64,000 nucleotides of DNA, taken from Candidatus Kerfeldbacteria bacterium. GTDB lineage: Bacteria > Patescibacteriota > Patescibacteriia > UBA10025 > JAHIVO01. The position numbers were made by a program, and so were the translations under genes. Shown here piece after piece: positions 10,213-19,038 of this stretch (position 1 is the first letter of the stretch; every line of letters begins with the position of its first letter). The stretch lies in NCBI GenBank assembly GCA_047946875.1, contig CP181398.1, positions 1,169,329 to 1,233,328 of the forward strand, given 5' to 3'. The notes under the pieces are model-generated. The model was not told the DNA's origin. It made no database searches and saw only the letters and a program-made list of their open reading frames with translations.

Positions 10213-10313
10213 TCTTTATTGGGGTCCCTATCGGTCGGTTAATTTAACTAACCTGATGAAGGTTTTGGGTGATTTTAGGTATATGGTAGGAATATTAAAG
10301 CAAGCCTCAGTAT

Positions 10314-11099
10314 TTATCTAAGGGACTCAATGCATCCTTCATCTGTTTCAATTGAACAAGATTCGCTTAATGTTGTTCCTCCACTAGTGATATCATATAA
10401 ATGTGTCCACACTGTACCGACGCCTGCATCACCAGCTGCGCACATATAGGTAATTACGTTAGTAGTAGACCAGTTTTTTATTGTGCTACATCCCTCATAG
10501 AATGATAAGCTGTGTTCTTCTGCTTTTGTGAAAGTATTTTCACTAATATTGTAAATTCCAAGTTGACTTGTACCGTATGAGTCCTTGTCAGGGTCGTAGC
10601 GATAGGGACTATCTTTTTGTGATTTTAAGTATATAGTTTTATTAAGCTCTTCATTAAAACATACAATATCAAGACCCCACCCTTCAATTATTTGGTCTGA
10701 GAATGTTTGATACCACAAATATTGATTAGTAAGTTCTCCTGGTTGTCTTGAACAACTAAGTTGATATGATGCTTCAGTAGCTTCAATAGAAAAGATGTTT
10801 GTTTCTGAAGTCGCATTTGTGTTTGTCGTTATCGGAGTAGTATTAGTATTTATTTCAGTATTTAAGTTAGTTGTGATATTTGCATTTGCTGTCGTATTAG
10901 TATTCAAATTTAGTGAGGTGTTTGTAACCGTATTTGTATTTGTTGTAGTAGTGGTAGTTGGTGTATTTGCTTCTTCCCTATTCTCCTCATAATACCAAGT
11001 AGCACCAACCAATCCTACGGCCATAACTGAGATTAGTATTACCACCACCCAACGCACATAACCTTTTTGATTTTTCATAGTTATAAATTTAATATTCAA
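10314..11099 (-). CDS. membrane-anchored surface protein with a TN-repeat linker
   Basis: TM anchor, TNTNTVTNTSLNLNTNTT low-complexity linker, Cys-containing C-terminal domain. Confidence 0.55.
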   Translation of the reverse strand: MNIKFITMKNQKGYVRWVVVILISVMAVGLVGATWYYEENREEANTPTTTTTTNTNTVTNTSLNLNTNTTANANITTNLNTEINTNTTPITTNTNATSETNIFSIEATEASYQLSCSRQPGELTNQYLWYQTFSDQIIEGWGLDIVCFNEELNKTIYLKSQKDSPYRYDPDKDSYGTSQLGIYNISENTFTKAEEHSLSFYEGCSTIKNWSTTNVITYMCAAGDAGVGTVWTHLYDITSGGTTLSESCSIETDEGCIESLR

Positions 11100-11165
11100 T
11101 AATTTAAGTATACCAAAAACGACCCTAATAACATATCTATAGGGTAACTTTTATAAAATGGGTGG

Positions 11166-11300
11166 TTAGACCTGCCTACCGGCAGGCAGGGGGAATTACG
11201 CGTCGCCTATTGGCTCGCTTCTACCCGTCCGATTCCCATTTTATCCCATATCAAAAAAAGTTCCACCATATAAATATGATAAAACTTTTTCTGGGGTCGG
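11166..11300. repeat. GC-containing repeat copy X1 (paired with 11735-11892), ending in a degenerate tRNA-His 3' end
   Basis: Shares gcaggcagg..cgcgtcgcc..ctcgcttcta.ccgt.cgattcc.attttr.cccatatcaaaaaaa..tttttctggggt with X2. Confidence 0.6.
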
Positions 11301-11425
11301 ATAGCTGTTTATCTTAGAACTTATTTAATGGATGGATTGGAGGTATATGGAGTGGTTAATAACATAGTTTAGTAGTTTGTGATATAATTAATACATAAAA
11401 AAGAATTAATATTAATTTTATTTAT

Positions 11426-11656
11426 ATGGGCGATCACGTAATTTTAAGATTTCCATTCGACGACCCTGACAATCCAGAGGTAGTTGATGTTCTGGCTAAT
11501 GTACCGGTTCATTGGAAAAAATATCTTAAAGAAATCGCACATAAGACAAAAAAACCAGGAAGATATATTGCGTCTAACATTCTTTATGATGACGAGTATT
11601 ACTATCCCGAGTCAATGGAAAAAAATCATAAAAAAATTGAAAAGGAATCAGAGTAA
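11426..11656 (+). CDS. hypothetical protein (76 aa) lying between the X1 and X2 repeats
   Basis: ORF MGDHVILRFPFDDPDNPEVVDVL... No SD and no family recognised. Confidence 0.35.
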   Translation: MGDHVILRFPFDDPDNPEVVDVLANVPVHWKKYLKEIAHKTKKPGRYIASNILYDDEYYYPESMEKNHKKIEKESE

Positions 11657-11734
11657 TTTTTGAATGATTCAAGACCAAATTATAGATAGTTACCAAAAAT
11701 ACCTCTTAATATTAAAGGCGTTTTTAGAAAAGCC

Positions 11735-11892
11735 GGCAGGGAGAATTTCGCGTCGCCAAAGGCTCCTTGTCCTGGGTAGCGACCCCGCGGTGCGGGGTCG
11801 ACTCTTGCCTTCGTCTCGCTTCTATCCGTTCGATTCCTATTTTGCCCCATATCAAAAAAATTTCATCATCTACAAGGGATAATAAAATTTTT
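11735..11892. repeat. repeat copy X2 directly abutting the tRNA-His 3' end
   Basis: Homologous to 11166-11300. Carries an extra GC hairpin segment (gggtagcgaccccgcggtgcggggtcgac). Confidence 0.6.
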
Positions 11893-11968
11893 CTGGGGTG
11901 GCTAGAGGGAATCGAACCCTCATAGCTGGTTCCACAAACCAGTGCACTAACCGTTGTGCTATAGCCAC
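11893..11968 (-). tRNA. tRNA-His (GUG), with G-1 and 3' CCA encoded
   Basis: Cloverleaf by eye. Anticodon loop TTGTGGA. G-1 is present. Confidence 0.85.
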
Positions 11969-12085
11969 CACGTTGATTTTACATTCCAGGTTACGTATCT
12001 CCGCATTCGCGAATTTACTCCACCTTTCATGTAAATCTGCCTTTCCTCACACATCTGTGCTCATTTTATTGCGCTCCTGATGTGT
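11969..12085 (-). promoter_or_regulatory. divergent member of the conserved tRNA-upstream element family
   Basis: Resembles the tRNA leader repeats at 18922, 19362, 46160, 47269 and 48647. Confidence 0.35.
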
Positions 12086-12112
12086 TCGGGATGTTTAATG
12101 TAAAAAATCAGT

Positions 12113-12199
12113 TGGTGCGGACGGAGGGACTTGAACCCTCACGCACAAAAGTGCCTAGGCCCTCAACCTAGTGCGTATACCAATTCCGCCACGTCCGCC
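12113..12199 (-). tRNA. tRNA-Leu (GAG), long variable arm, CCA encoded
   Basis: Anticodon loop TTGAGGG. 87 nt with an extra arm. Confidence 0.85.
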
Positions 12200-12216
12200 G
12201 GCCATTTATGTTAAAA

Positions 12217-12561
12217 CTATTTTTTAACTTTAGTCTCTTTTAGTCGTTTCTTATAATCTTTTAAGAAGTATAGTTTTGCTCGACGTACTTTAGCTTTTTT
12301 AACAATCTCAATTTTTGAGATTGAAGGAGAATTCAAAGGAAATATTTTCTCTACACCAATACCTTCGGAAATCTTTCTTACAGTAATAGTGGAAGTTAGA
12401 CCTTTACCACCGCGTCGTGATAGGACCATTCCTTCAAATTTTTGGATACGCTCTTTTTCACCTTCTTTAATTTTTTGATGAACAATAACGGTGTTACCAG
12501 CACTGATATCTGGCAAATCTTGTTTTACTTTTGATGTATTCAGTGAATATGCAGTTACCAT
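12217..12561 (-). CDS. rplS: ribosomal protein L19
   Basis: The sequence is L19-like (MVTAYSLNTSKVKQDLPDISAGNTVIVHQKIKEGEKERIQKFEGMVLSRRGGKG...). Confidence 0.9.
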   Translation of the reverse strand: MVTAYSLNTSKVKQDLPDISAGNTVIVHQKIKEGEKERIQKFEGMVLSRRGGKGLTSTITVRKISEGIGVEKIFPLNSPSISKIEIVKKAKVRRAKLYFLKDYKKRLKETKVKK

Positions 12562-12626
12562 AGTTTCTATTTATCTAATAATTATAATTTAAGTAGTTAT
12601 AATAATAGCGATTACAAGCTTTATTG

Positions 12627-13610
12627 TCAAGACTTTTTGAGGTTATTTAGAATATTTTGAAGTTTTTCTGGTAAAGGGAGGGTAAATTCTACCCATTTAC
12701 CATCCAAATCTGTAAAACCTAAGTATTGGGCATGAAGAAAAATTCTACTCATCTTTATTTTGGTTTTAAGTTTTTTTGGTTTATAAACTAGATCCCCAAC
12801 TATTGGTAGGCCATAAGCATTAAGGTGAACGCGGATTTGATGAGTTCGACCGGTTTTTGGCATAATCCTTAATAATGTATAGTTGCCAATATTTTCCAAT
12901 ACTTCAAATCCAGTAATTGATTTACGTCCCCTCTCTTCATGTTCTGGGACAGCTGCCATTTTGAAATCTTTTGTTTCACTACGACTAATATTAAAATTAA
13001 TTTCATCTTCATTCTTTTGAGGTGTGCCATATACTAATGTGATATATTCTTTTTTTATAGTTCTTTCTTTGAATTGGGATTTCAGATGGTCGAACATGTC
13101 TTGTGTCTTTGCTACTACTATCAAGCCAGATACTTCCCGATCAAGCCTATGTACGATACCGGGGCGGATTGGGTTCTCTCCAACTTTTTTTATTTTGGGA
13201 TATTTTTTTACTAGTTGATCAGCAAGAGTTATTTCATTGGTACCATCTGCTTCATGTATCAATAGTCCAGCTGGTTTGTTTACTATTAAATAGTTTTCCG
13301 TTTCAGTAATGATATTTAATTTATGTTGAGCAGGTTTAAATATATTAGTTATTTTTTTTAAAGAGGAAGTAACAAAATTTTCTTGGGAAGTTGTGTTAAT
13401 ATCATTTGTTGTCGTAACTGGTTTATTATCTGTGATAATAATATCACCTTCTTTTAAGAATTTATGGACTACTGCTGACTTATTATTAACCAGGATTGTT
13501 TCATTTTTGATAAGTTTTTGAATTTGGGATCTTGTGATGTCTAATTTTCCTGTCAAAAATTTATCAAGTCTTTTGCCAGCATCATCTTTTGTGATTGAAT
13601 ATCTATTCAT
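12627..13610 (-). CDS. RluA-family pseudouridine synthase (RluD/RluC-like) with an N-terminal S4 domain
   Basis: The catalytic motif HRLDREVSGLIVVAKT is present. The N-terminus has an S4-like segment. Confidence 0.85.
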   Translation of the reverse strand: MNRYSITKDDAGKRLDKFLTGKLDITRSQIQKLIKNETILVNNKSAVVHKFLKEGDIIITDNKPVTTTNDINTTSQENFVTSSLKKITNIFKPAQHKLNIITETENYLIVNKPAGLLIHEADGTNEITLADQLVKKYPKIKKVGENPIRPGIVHRLDREVSGLIVVAKTQDMFDHLKSQFKERTIKKEYITLVYGTPQKNEDEINFNISRSETKDFKMAAVPEHEERGRKSITGFEVLENIGNYTLLRIMPKTGRTHQIRVHLNAYGLPIVGDLVYKPKKLKTKIKMSRIFLHAQYLGFTDLDGKWVEFTLPLPEKLQNILNNLKKS

Positions 13611-15057
13611 ATTTTTTTATATAATCAAAGGATTGTTTTTTAGTTTTAATATTACCTTTGAGTTGTTCTTCTCTTAGAGCATTTTTAATCTTACCAATTT
13701 TGGCTCCAGGTTTTATTTTGAGTGCTTTCATTATTTCATTACCGTTAATTAATTCTTTTGGTAGTACTTTTTTGTTTCTAGAAATTTTTTCTAATGCTTC
13801 TACTTGTTTAACAATTTTGTTGAAATCTTTAAAATTTGGTTGGCCATCTTTTGGTATAGTAGCTTGTATATCAGCGAAAGTTAGTTTGAGTAAATTATGT
13901 CCAGGAACATTCTCATTAAAAAAGTATTTTTCGAGTGTAGTTTTTTTCATGGGAGATTTTTTTGTGTGGGTAGAGATCATATGTTTGCTACATAGCCACA
14001 CAATATTTTCTGCTTTGATTCCAGCGCTGGATAATTTTAATCTTTTTATAATTTCGTCGGTTATTTTTGCACCAACTGTATCGTGATTATTAAATCTAAG
14101 TCTATCAGACCTCTCTATAGTATAGGGTTTACCAATATCATGAAAAAGGGTAGCAAATACTAATTCAGCATCAAGTTTTTCATTTTTATATTTTGTAGTA
14201 AATTTTTTTGAACTTAGATTTTGTAAACATAATAAAGTGTGTTTCCATACATCACCTTCAGAATGGAAATTCCTTGGTTGGGGACATTTCTTCATTTTTA
14301 ACAATTCTGGCATTAGCGCTTTGGTTAAACCGCTCTTGTCATAAAGTTCAAAAGCTAAGGCAGGATTAGCGACGAAAGCTTTAGTCATTTCTTTTGCAAT
14401 AGTTTCTCTAGGAACTAAAAATTCTCCTTTTACTTTTTTATTAATTTGAGGAGTTAATTTTTTTATTGCTGACCAAGTAGCATTATCGATTTTGAAATTT
14501 AGTTGGCAAGCAAAACGAATAGCTCTTAATATTCTTGAGTAGTCTTCTTTGAACCGTTCAGTTGCTAATCCAACAGTTTTAATGTTTTTCTTTTTTAAAT
14601 CTTTGAGCCCATTAAATAAATCAATAATTTCTTTTTTATTAATGTCGTAAGCTAAAGCATTGATCGTGAAGTCACGCCTTTTTAAATCTTCTTCGATTGG
14701 CAGATTTGGATCTGATTGGATATCAAAATCTTTATAGCCACCAGTTAGGAAAGCGTGTTCAGTACGAGGTAGGGCAATGTCGAGAGGTTCTTTTAGAGTA
14801 GAGTTTTTGGGCATAAATTTAAGTACGCCGAATTTTTTACCTACTATATCTACCCAGCCAAGAGTTTTAAGAAATTTAAGAAGTTTATTGACTGATACAT
14901 TACGTATAACAAAATCATAGTCTTTTGATTCTCGCCCAATAAGACTATCGCGAACAATCCCCCCAATTAAAAAAATTTCGGCTTGTGGAATTTTTTTTTG
15001 AAGATGTTTAATAGAAGAAAGTTCTTTTTTTTGCAATAAAGATGTAATTTGTTTCAT
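13603..15057 (-). CDS. cca: CCA-adding tRNA nucleotidyltransferase with an HD domain
   Basis: GGIVRD nucleotidyltransferase motif and HD motif LFHDIGKP. Confidence 0.8.
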   Translation of the reverse strand: MKQITSLLQKKELSSIKHLQKKIPQAEIFLIGGIVRDSLIGRESKDYDFVIRNVSVNKLLKFLKTLGWVDIVGKKFGVLKFMPKNSTLKEPLDIALPRTEHAFLTGGYKDFDIQSDPNLPIEEDLKRRDFTINALAYDINKKEIIDLFNGLKDLKKKNIKTVGLATERFKEDYSRILRAIRFACQLNFKIDNATWSAIKKLTPQINKKVKGEFLVPRETIAKEMTKAFVANPALAFELYDKSGLTKALMPELLKMKKCPQPRNFHSEGDVWKHTLLCLQNLSSKKFTTKYKNEKLDAELVFATLFHDIGKPYTIERSDRLRFNNHDTVGAKITDEIIKRLKLSSAGIKAENIVWLCSKHMISTHTKKSPMKKTTLEKYFFNENVPGHNLLKLTFADIQATIPKDGQPNFKDFNKIVKQVEALEKISRNKKVLPKELINGNEIMKALKIKPGAKIGKIKNALREEQLKGNIKTKKQSFDYIKKYE

Positions 15058-15172
15058 ATAGGTTAAACATAGCTAAATTCATCTTTAAATACAAGTTTTT
15101 TATTATTTAATAGGTATAAAAAATCACCCCATATTACAGAGGTGATTTTTTGAGTTTCTATATATCTAAATT

Positions 15173-16045
15173 TTAGTATATTGCCAGCATAAATACACCA
15201 TCGGCAGGATTTTCATCTTTATCATGTTCCCAAACTAAAACGGTATTTGGATCAGATGCATGAGGAGCAGCGCCAATTAATCTAATAGCAACAGCACCGC
15301 CTGTACCACTTGGAGTAGCGATGTAAGCTCTAGTTGGTGTACCTGAACCATTATTTACAGCAAAATTGAAAGTTACTTCATATCTACCATTGCCAGTATT
15401 TGTGGCAGCAGTAGCATTATATCCACTAGTTAACGTACCTCCTGAACTAACATAGGCCCATCCTTTTAATGCTCCTTCAGCAGATACGGCCTGGGTGATG
15501 TTACCAGTAGTAGTGACTGTGTCAATACTAAGATCGGCAGTTGAGGATATATCGCTTCCAGTGATGGTTCCATCGACAATTTTAGCTGAGGTAATTGCAT
15601 TATCAGCAATGTCAGCGGTGGCAATTGTAGCATCAGTAATATTGTCAGATGTTACTATCCCAGTACCAAGTAAACTTGCTACTGTTAATGATCCAGTAAC
15701 TTCCATATTGTCATTGACAATAAATGGCATTGAATCTGCAGTACCAGCTGTTGCTCCGCGAAAAACACGTCCATCTATACGGACGTTATCACCAAAAGTA
15801 ACGGGATTGTCTACTCCGGCGTTTGTTGTGGTATTGATTATAGATCCATTGAAGTAGGTTACTCCACCTACACCCTGTTCACCGATCATCGTTGATCTCA
15901 TTTTCATTGTCCCATCTACTTGAAATATGTCTCCTTCTGGTCCAAATTGTGAAGTGACATTGTGACTAGTTGCAGCATTGACTATCCCAGCTGTCAAAGC
16001 AATAGAAGCAACTACCACTACGAGGGTTAAAAGCTTTTTTTTCAT
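15173..16045 (-). CDS. secreted surface protein, family member B
   Basis: The N-terminal 150 aa are near-identical to the 16160 and 6251 genes. ITDATIATADIADNAITSAKIVDGTITGSDI repeats. Unique C-terminus. Confidence 0.7.
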   Translation of the reverse strand: MKKKLLTLVVVVASIALTAGIVNAATSHNVTSQFGPEGDIFQVDGTMKMRSTMIGEQGVGGVTYFNGSIINTTTNAGVDNPVTFGDNVRIDGRVFRGATAGTADSMPFIVNDNMEVTGSLTVASLLGTGIVTSDNITDATIATADIADNAITSAKIVDGTITGSDISSTADLSIDTVTTTGNITQAVSAEGALKGWAYVSSGGTLTSGYNATAATNTGNGRYEVTFNFAVNNGSGTPTRAYIATPSGTGGAVAIRLIGAAPHASDPNTVLVWEHDKDENPADGVFMLAIY

Positions 16046-16117
16046 AGGCCTTTTCCTTGTTTAGTTGTTAAATTGATAAATAATCACGATTTTATTATAC
16101 CCTTTTTTTGATAAACA

Positions 16118-16152
16118 AAAAACCGCCCTAGTTGATAGAGGCGGTTTTTTCA
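16118..16152. terminator. bidirectional rho-independent terminator
   Basis: aaaaaaccgccc...gaggcggtttttt. Confidence 0.6.
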
Positions 16153-16159
16153 AAAGTTT

Positions 16160-17077
16160 TTACATTTCGTAAATTATAAAACTAAATGAAGTTTGGCCAG
16201 CTGACCCGGTAGATTCGTCTACAAAATCAACAGTAAAATGATCATTTACGCTATTTGTAGCCGGAATAAATCCAGAATTTATCGGTGTAACAACCGCTAC
16301 ATGAGTAAGATAAGAATAAGTTACCCCAGTAATAGTAATTTCATATTGATTACTACCACCGTCCCAGGAACAAGCTATGTTACTGGTACCACCTCTATCA
16401 GAGCCATCTGAATTACAATAACCATAGGCAATAGGCAGATTGGCACCGCCCGTACCATTGATCTTGTCAGGTGTTATAGCGTCATCAGCTACATCTGCTG
16501 TAGCAATAGTTCCGTCTGTAATTTTTGAACTAATTATTGAGTTACTGGCTAAATCTCCAGATACAATAGTTCCGTCTGTAATTTTAGCTGAGGTAATAGC
16601 ATCATCATCAATTTTTGCAGTTGTAATTACGCTATCAGCTATGTCTGCTGTAGCTATAGTAGCGTCAGTAATATTGTCAGATGTTACTATCCCGGTACCA
16701 AGTAAACTTGCTACTGTTAATGATCCAGTAACTTCCATATTGTCGTTGACGATAAAAGGTTGAGTGTCTCCTGTTCCGGCAGTTGCTCCGCGAAAAACAC
16801 GTCCGTCAATACGAACATTATCACCAAAAGTTACGGGATTGTCTACACCGGAGTTTGTAGTGGCATTGATTATAGATCCATTGAAGTAAGTTACTCCACC
16901 AACACCTTGTTCACCGATCATAACTGATCTCATGTTCATTGTTCCATCTACTTGAAATATGTCTCCTTCTGGTCCAAATTGTGAAGTGACATTGTGACTA
17001 GTTGCTGCGTTGACTATCCCAGCTGTCAAAGCAATAGAAGCAACTACCACTACGAGGGTTAAAAGCTTTTTTTTCAT
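16160..17077 (-). CDS. secreted surface protein, family member C
   Basis: The 5' ~390 nt are nearly identical at DNA level to the 15173 gene. More ITxAKIxDGTI repeats. Distinct Cys-containing C-terminal domain. Confidence 0.7.
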   Translation of the reverse strand: MKKKLLTLVVVVASIALTAGIVNAATSHNVTSQFGPEGDIFQVDGTMNMRSVMIGEQGVGGVTYFNGSIINATTNSGVDNPVTFGDNVRIDGRVFRGATAGTGDTQPFIVNDNMEVTGSLTVASLLGTGIVTSDNITDATIATADIADSVITTAKIDDDAITSAKITDGTIVSGDLASNSIISSKITDGTIATADVADDAITPDKINGTGGANLPIAYGYCNSDGSDRGGTSNIACSWDGGSNQYEITITGVTYSYLTHVAVVTPINSGFIPATNSVNDHFTVDFVDESTGSAGQTSFSFIIYEM

Positions 17078-17108
17078 AAATTTTATTCTTTCATTATTAA
17101 TATATTAT

Positions 17109-18332
17109 TTAAATAGTTGAGAATGAATTAACTACGGCTTCAAAATCTATAGAATCAGAACTACCTTCATCATATGGCCAATGAGAAAAATCAAAGTAAG
17201 TATTGCCGTTGAAATAATAATAGTTTAGAGTAGTGCCATCAGCTCCTGCCGCACTCATAGTAAAACGTGTCATATTCAATCCATTTCTAACAACATTTTG
17301 TTGAATAATCGGAACGTCATAGACATCTACGTCTTCTATCATAGCATTGAGAAATTCTTCAGCCGTGGTAGCGCCGGCATCTTCAGTAATATCACCACAG
17401 CGGATAAAAAATTGATGACCTAAGGCATATACTTCAGTTGCACCTATACTAGGAAGTGTGGCTGTTTTTAAGAAAAATATACTGGAAGTCATATCATGAG
17501 CGTACCATCCAGTAGGAAGATTTATATTATAACCACAGTCAGTATTCTCATATATTGAGCTCACTTCAACTTCATCAATTACTATCCATTCAAAAGTCGA
17601 AAGGATTGTTTTAGACGTATCAAATTCGGAAACTCCATCAAGTCCGGCCACATCATCTGGATCATCAAAAGCCGCATATATATCATGTCCATTAATTATG
17701 TTTGGAGATAAGCCAGTACTTAGATAAAAGATGTCTTGAATAATTCCATCATAAGTTATGTAGGTAATAGGTATTGATGTATCTCCTAGCATAGTACTGC
17801 CTTCATCAGTTATGTCCCCGGCTCCAATTCCACTGCGCCAAAAAGCGCCAACTTCTTCTCCTGTTATTCGGACGCCAAAATAAGTTATATATTCCCCGCC
17901 AGGTGAGATAAATTTAATATAACGATTTTGCCATCCACCAACCGAGTCTTCAGCTGAGATGTCGACTTCTTCAATCGTCCAGTCTGGTGGGTACATCATC
18001 TGATAGTTATACCAATCATTAGTATAAGTTAACCATCCAGAAGTATTATCGACGGCTGAATTTACGTTTGTTGTTGCATTTATATTAGTTGCCGGTTCGA
18101 GATTAGTATTAATAATATCAGTAGCCTCATTAGTTCCTACCGTTGTATTAATATTTAAAGCAGTGTTCGTGTTAATATTGCTAAATGTAACATTTGCCAG
18201 TGGAGCGGTATTGGTATTTATTGATTCATCATTATTGGCATAAAAATACCAAGCAACTCCCACTAATAAAATAGCAATAGCCAATATAGTAATGATTATT
18301 GTTGTATTAATAATCCCCCTTTGATTATTCAT
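17109..18332 (-). CDS. membrane-anchored secreted protein (407 aa) with an N/T linker
   Basis: TM anchor, NTNTA linker, large globular domain. Confidence 0.6.
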   Translation of the reverse strand: MNNQRGIINTTIIITILAIAILLVGVAWYFYANNDESINTNTAPLANVTFSNINTNTALNINTTVGTNEATDIINTNLEPATNINATTNVNSAVDNTSGWLTYTNDWYNYQMMYPPDWTIEEVDISAEDSVGGWQNRYIKFISPGGEYITYFGVRITGEEVGAFWRSGIGAGDITDEGSTMLGDTSIPITYITYDGIIQDIFYLSTGLSPNIINGHDIYAAFDDPDDVAGLDGVSEFDTSKTILSTFEWIVIDEVEVSSIYENTDCGYNINLPTGWYAHDMTSSIFFLKTATLPSIGATEVYALGHQFFIRCGDITEDAGATTAEEFLNAMIEDVDVYDVPIIQQNVVRNGLNMTRFTMSAAGADGTTLNYYYFNGNTYFDFSHWPYDEGSSDSIDFEAVVNSFSTI

Positions 18333-18431
18333 ATTTTTTTATATAAATAGTTATTTATATTATGTTTTTATTATACTATTTTATGGAAATAAAAACACCC
18401 CATTTCATTAGTGTTAAGGAAATTGGTTGTT

Positions 18432-18575
18432 TGGTGGGACGTAGAGGATTTGAACCTCTGACCGTTTGCTTCCCGCCTTTCGGACGGGACAAGTAAGAGG
18501 CAACTTTATCCCGCTAAGAATTGGCGGGATGCTCTACTTTACCCCGCCTATTAAAGGCGGGGCGAGCTGAGCTAA
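18432..18575 (-). pseudogene. 5'-truncated tRNA-Lys copy interrupted by three GC-rich hairpin insertions
   Basis: Matches tRNA-Lys positions 9-76 exactly except for three inserts. One sits in the D-loop (18537-18565), one after the D-stem (18505-18529) and one between anticodon-loop positions 37 and 38 (18472-18493). Confidence 0.7.
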
Positions 18576-18803
18576 TTTATTTTTATATTGATGATTTTTC
18601 TTTTTTAGCCACAATTCGTGCCTCCTTGCCTCTTTATAAGAATGGTGTTTTTTAAAATATACAAGTTTAAATAGTTTATATTTTGAACTGCTGTTGAGTT
18701 TTCCTTGGTTGTGTTCGTGAATACGTTTCCAAGGTTGTATAGAAATACCACAATAATATTTATTAAACTTATTACTATATATTAAGTACGTATAAACATT
18801 CAT
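18534..18803 (-). CDS. small GIY-YIG nuclease (YazA/YhbQ-like)
   Basis: Translation MNVYTYLIYSNKFNKYYCGISIQPWKRIHEHNQG has the GIY-YIG motifs. The C-terminal 14 codons read through the tRNA-Lys pseudo-copy. Confidence 0.65.
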   Translation of the reverse strand: MNVYTYLIYSNKFNKYYCGISIQPWKRIHEHNQGKLNSSSKYKLFKLVYFKKHHSYKEARRHELWLKKKNHQYKNKLAQLAPPLIGGVK

Positions 18804-18842
18804 AAAATTTCCCTTTTATTATTTATTAGAAGGGAAGGTTTT

Positions 18843-18921
18843 TGGTGGGACGTAGAGGATTTGAACCTCTGACCGTTTGCTTAAGAGGCAACTGCTCTAC
18901 CAAGCTGAGCTAACGTCCCGC
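18843..18921 (-). tRNA. tRNA-Lys (CUU), CCA encoded
   Basis: Anticodon loop CTCTTAA. Clean cloverleaf. Confidence 0.85.
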
Positions 18922-19020
18922 GTCGATATAATATTTTTGGTTACGTTTTCAGCTTTCGCTGCTAATTCCACCGCTCATATCATTTCTCCTTTCCTCGCAG
19001 AACGGTATCGTTCAGCTCGG
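18922..19020 (-). promoter_or_regulatory. conserved tRNA-upstream element (copy L1)
   Basis: Near-identical to 19362-19470 and homologous to 46160, 47269 and 48647 (cgtcga.ata.t.tttt.ggtt.cgttt...atttctcct..c). Confidence 0.5.
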
Positions 19021-19038
19021 TATTATTTATTATAGGAA

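Noticed and set aside
11664-11882. ORF of 72 aa overlapping repeat X2
   Set aside because: Two thirds of it is GC-repeat sequence shared with non-coding X1. Probably not coding.
6000-18400. Diversity-generating retroelement driving the variable surface proteins
   Set aside because: There is no reverse transcriptase ORF and no A-mutated template repeat near any family member. Variation is at whole-domain level, not point level.
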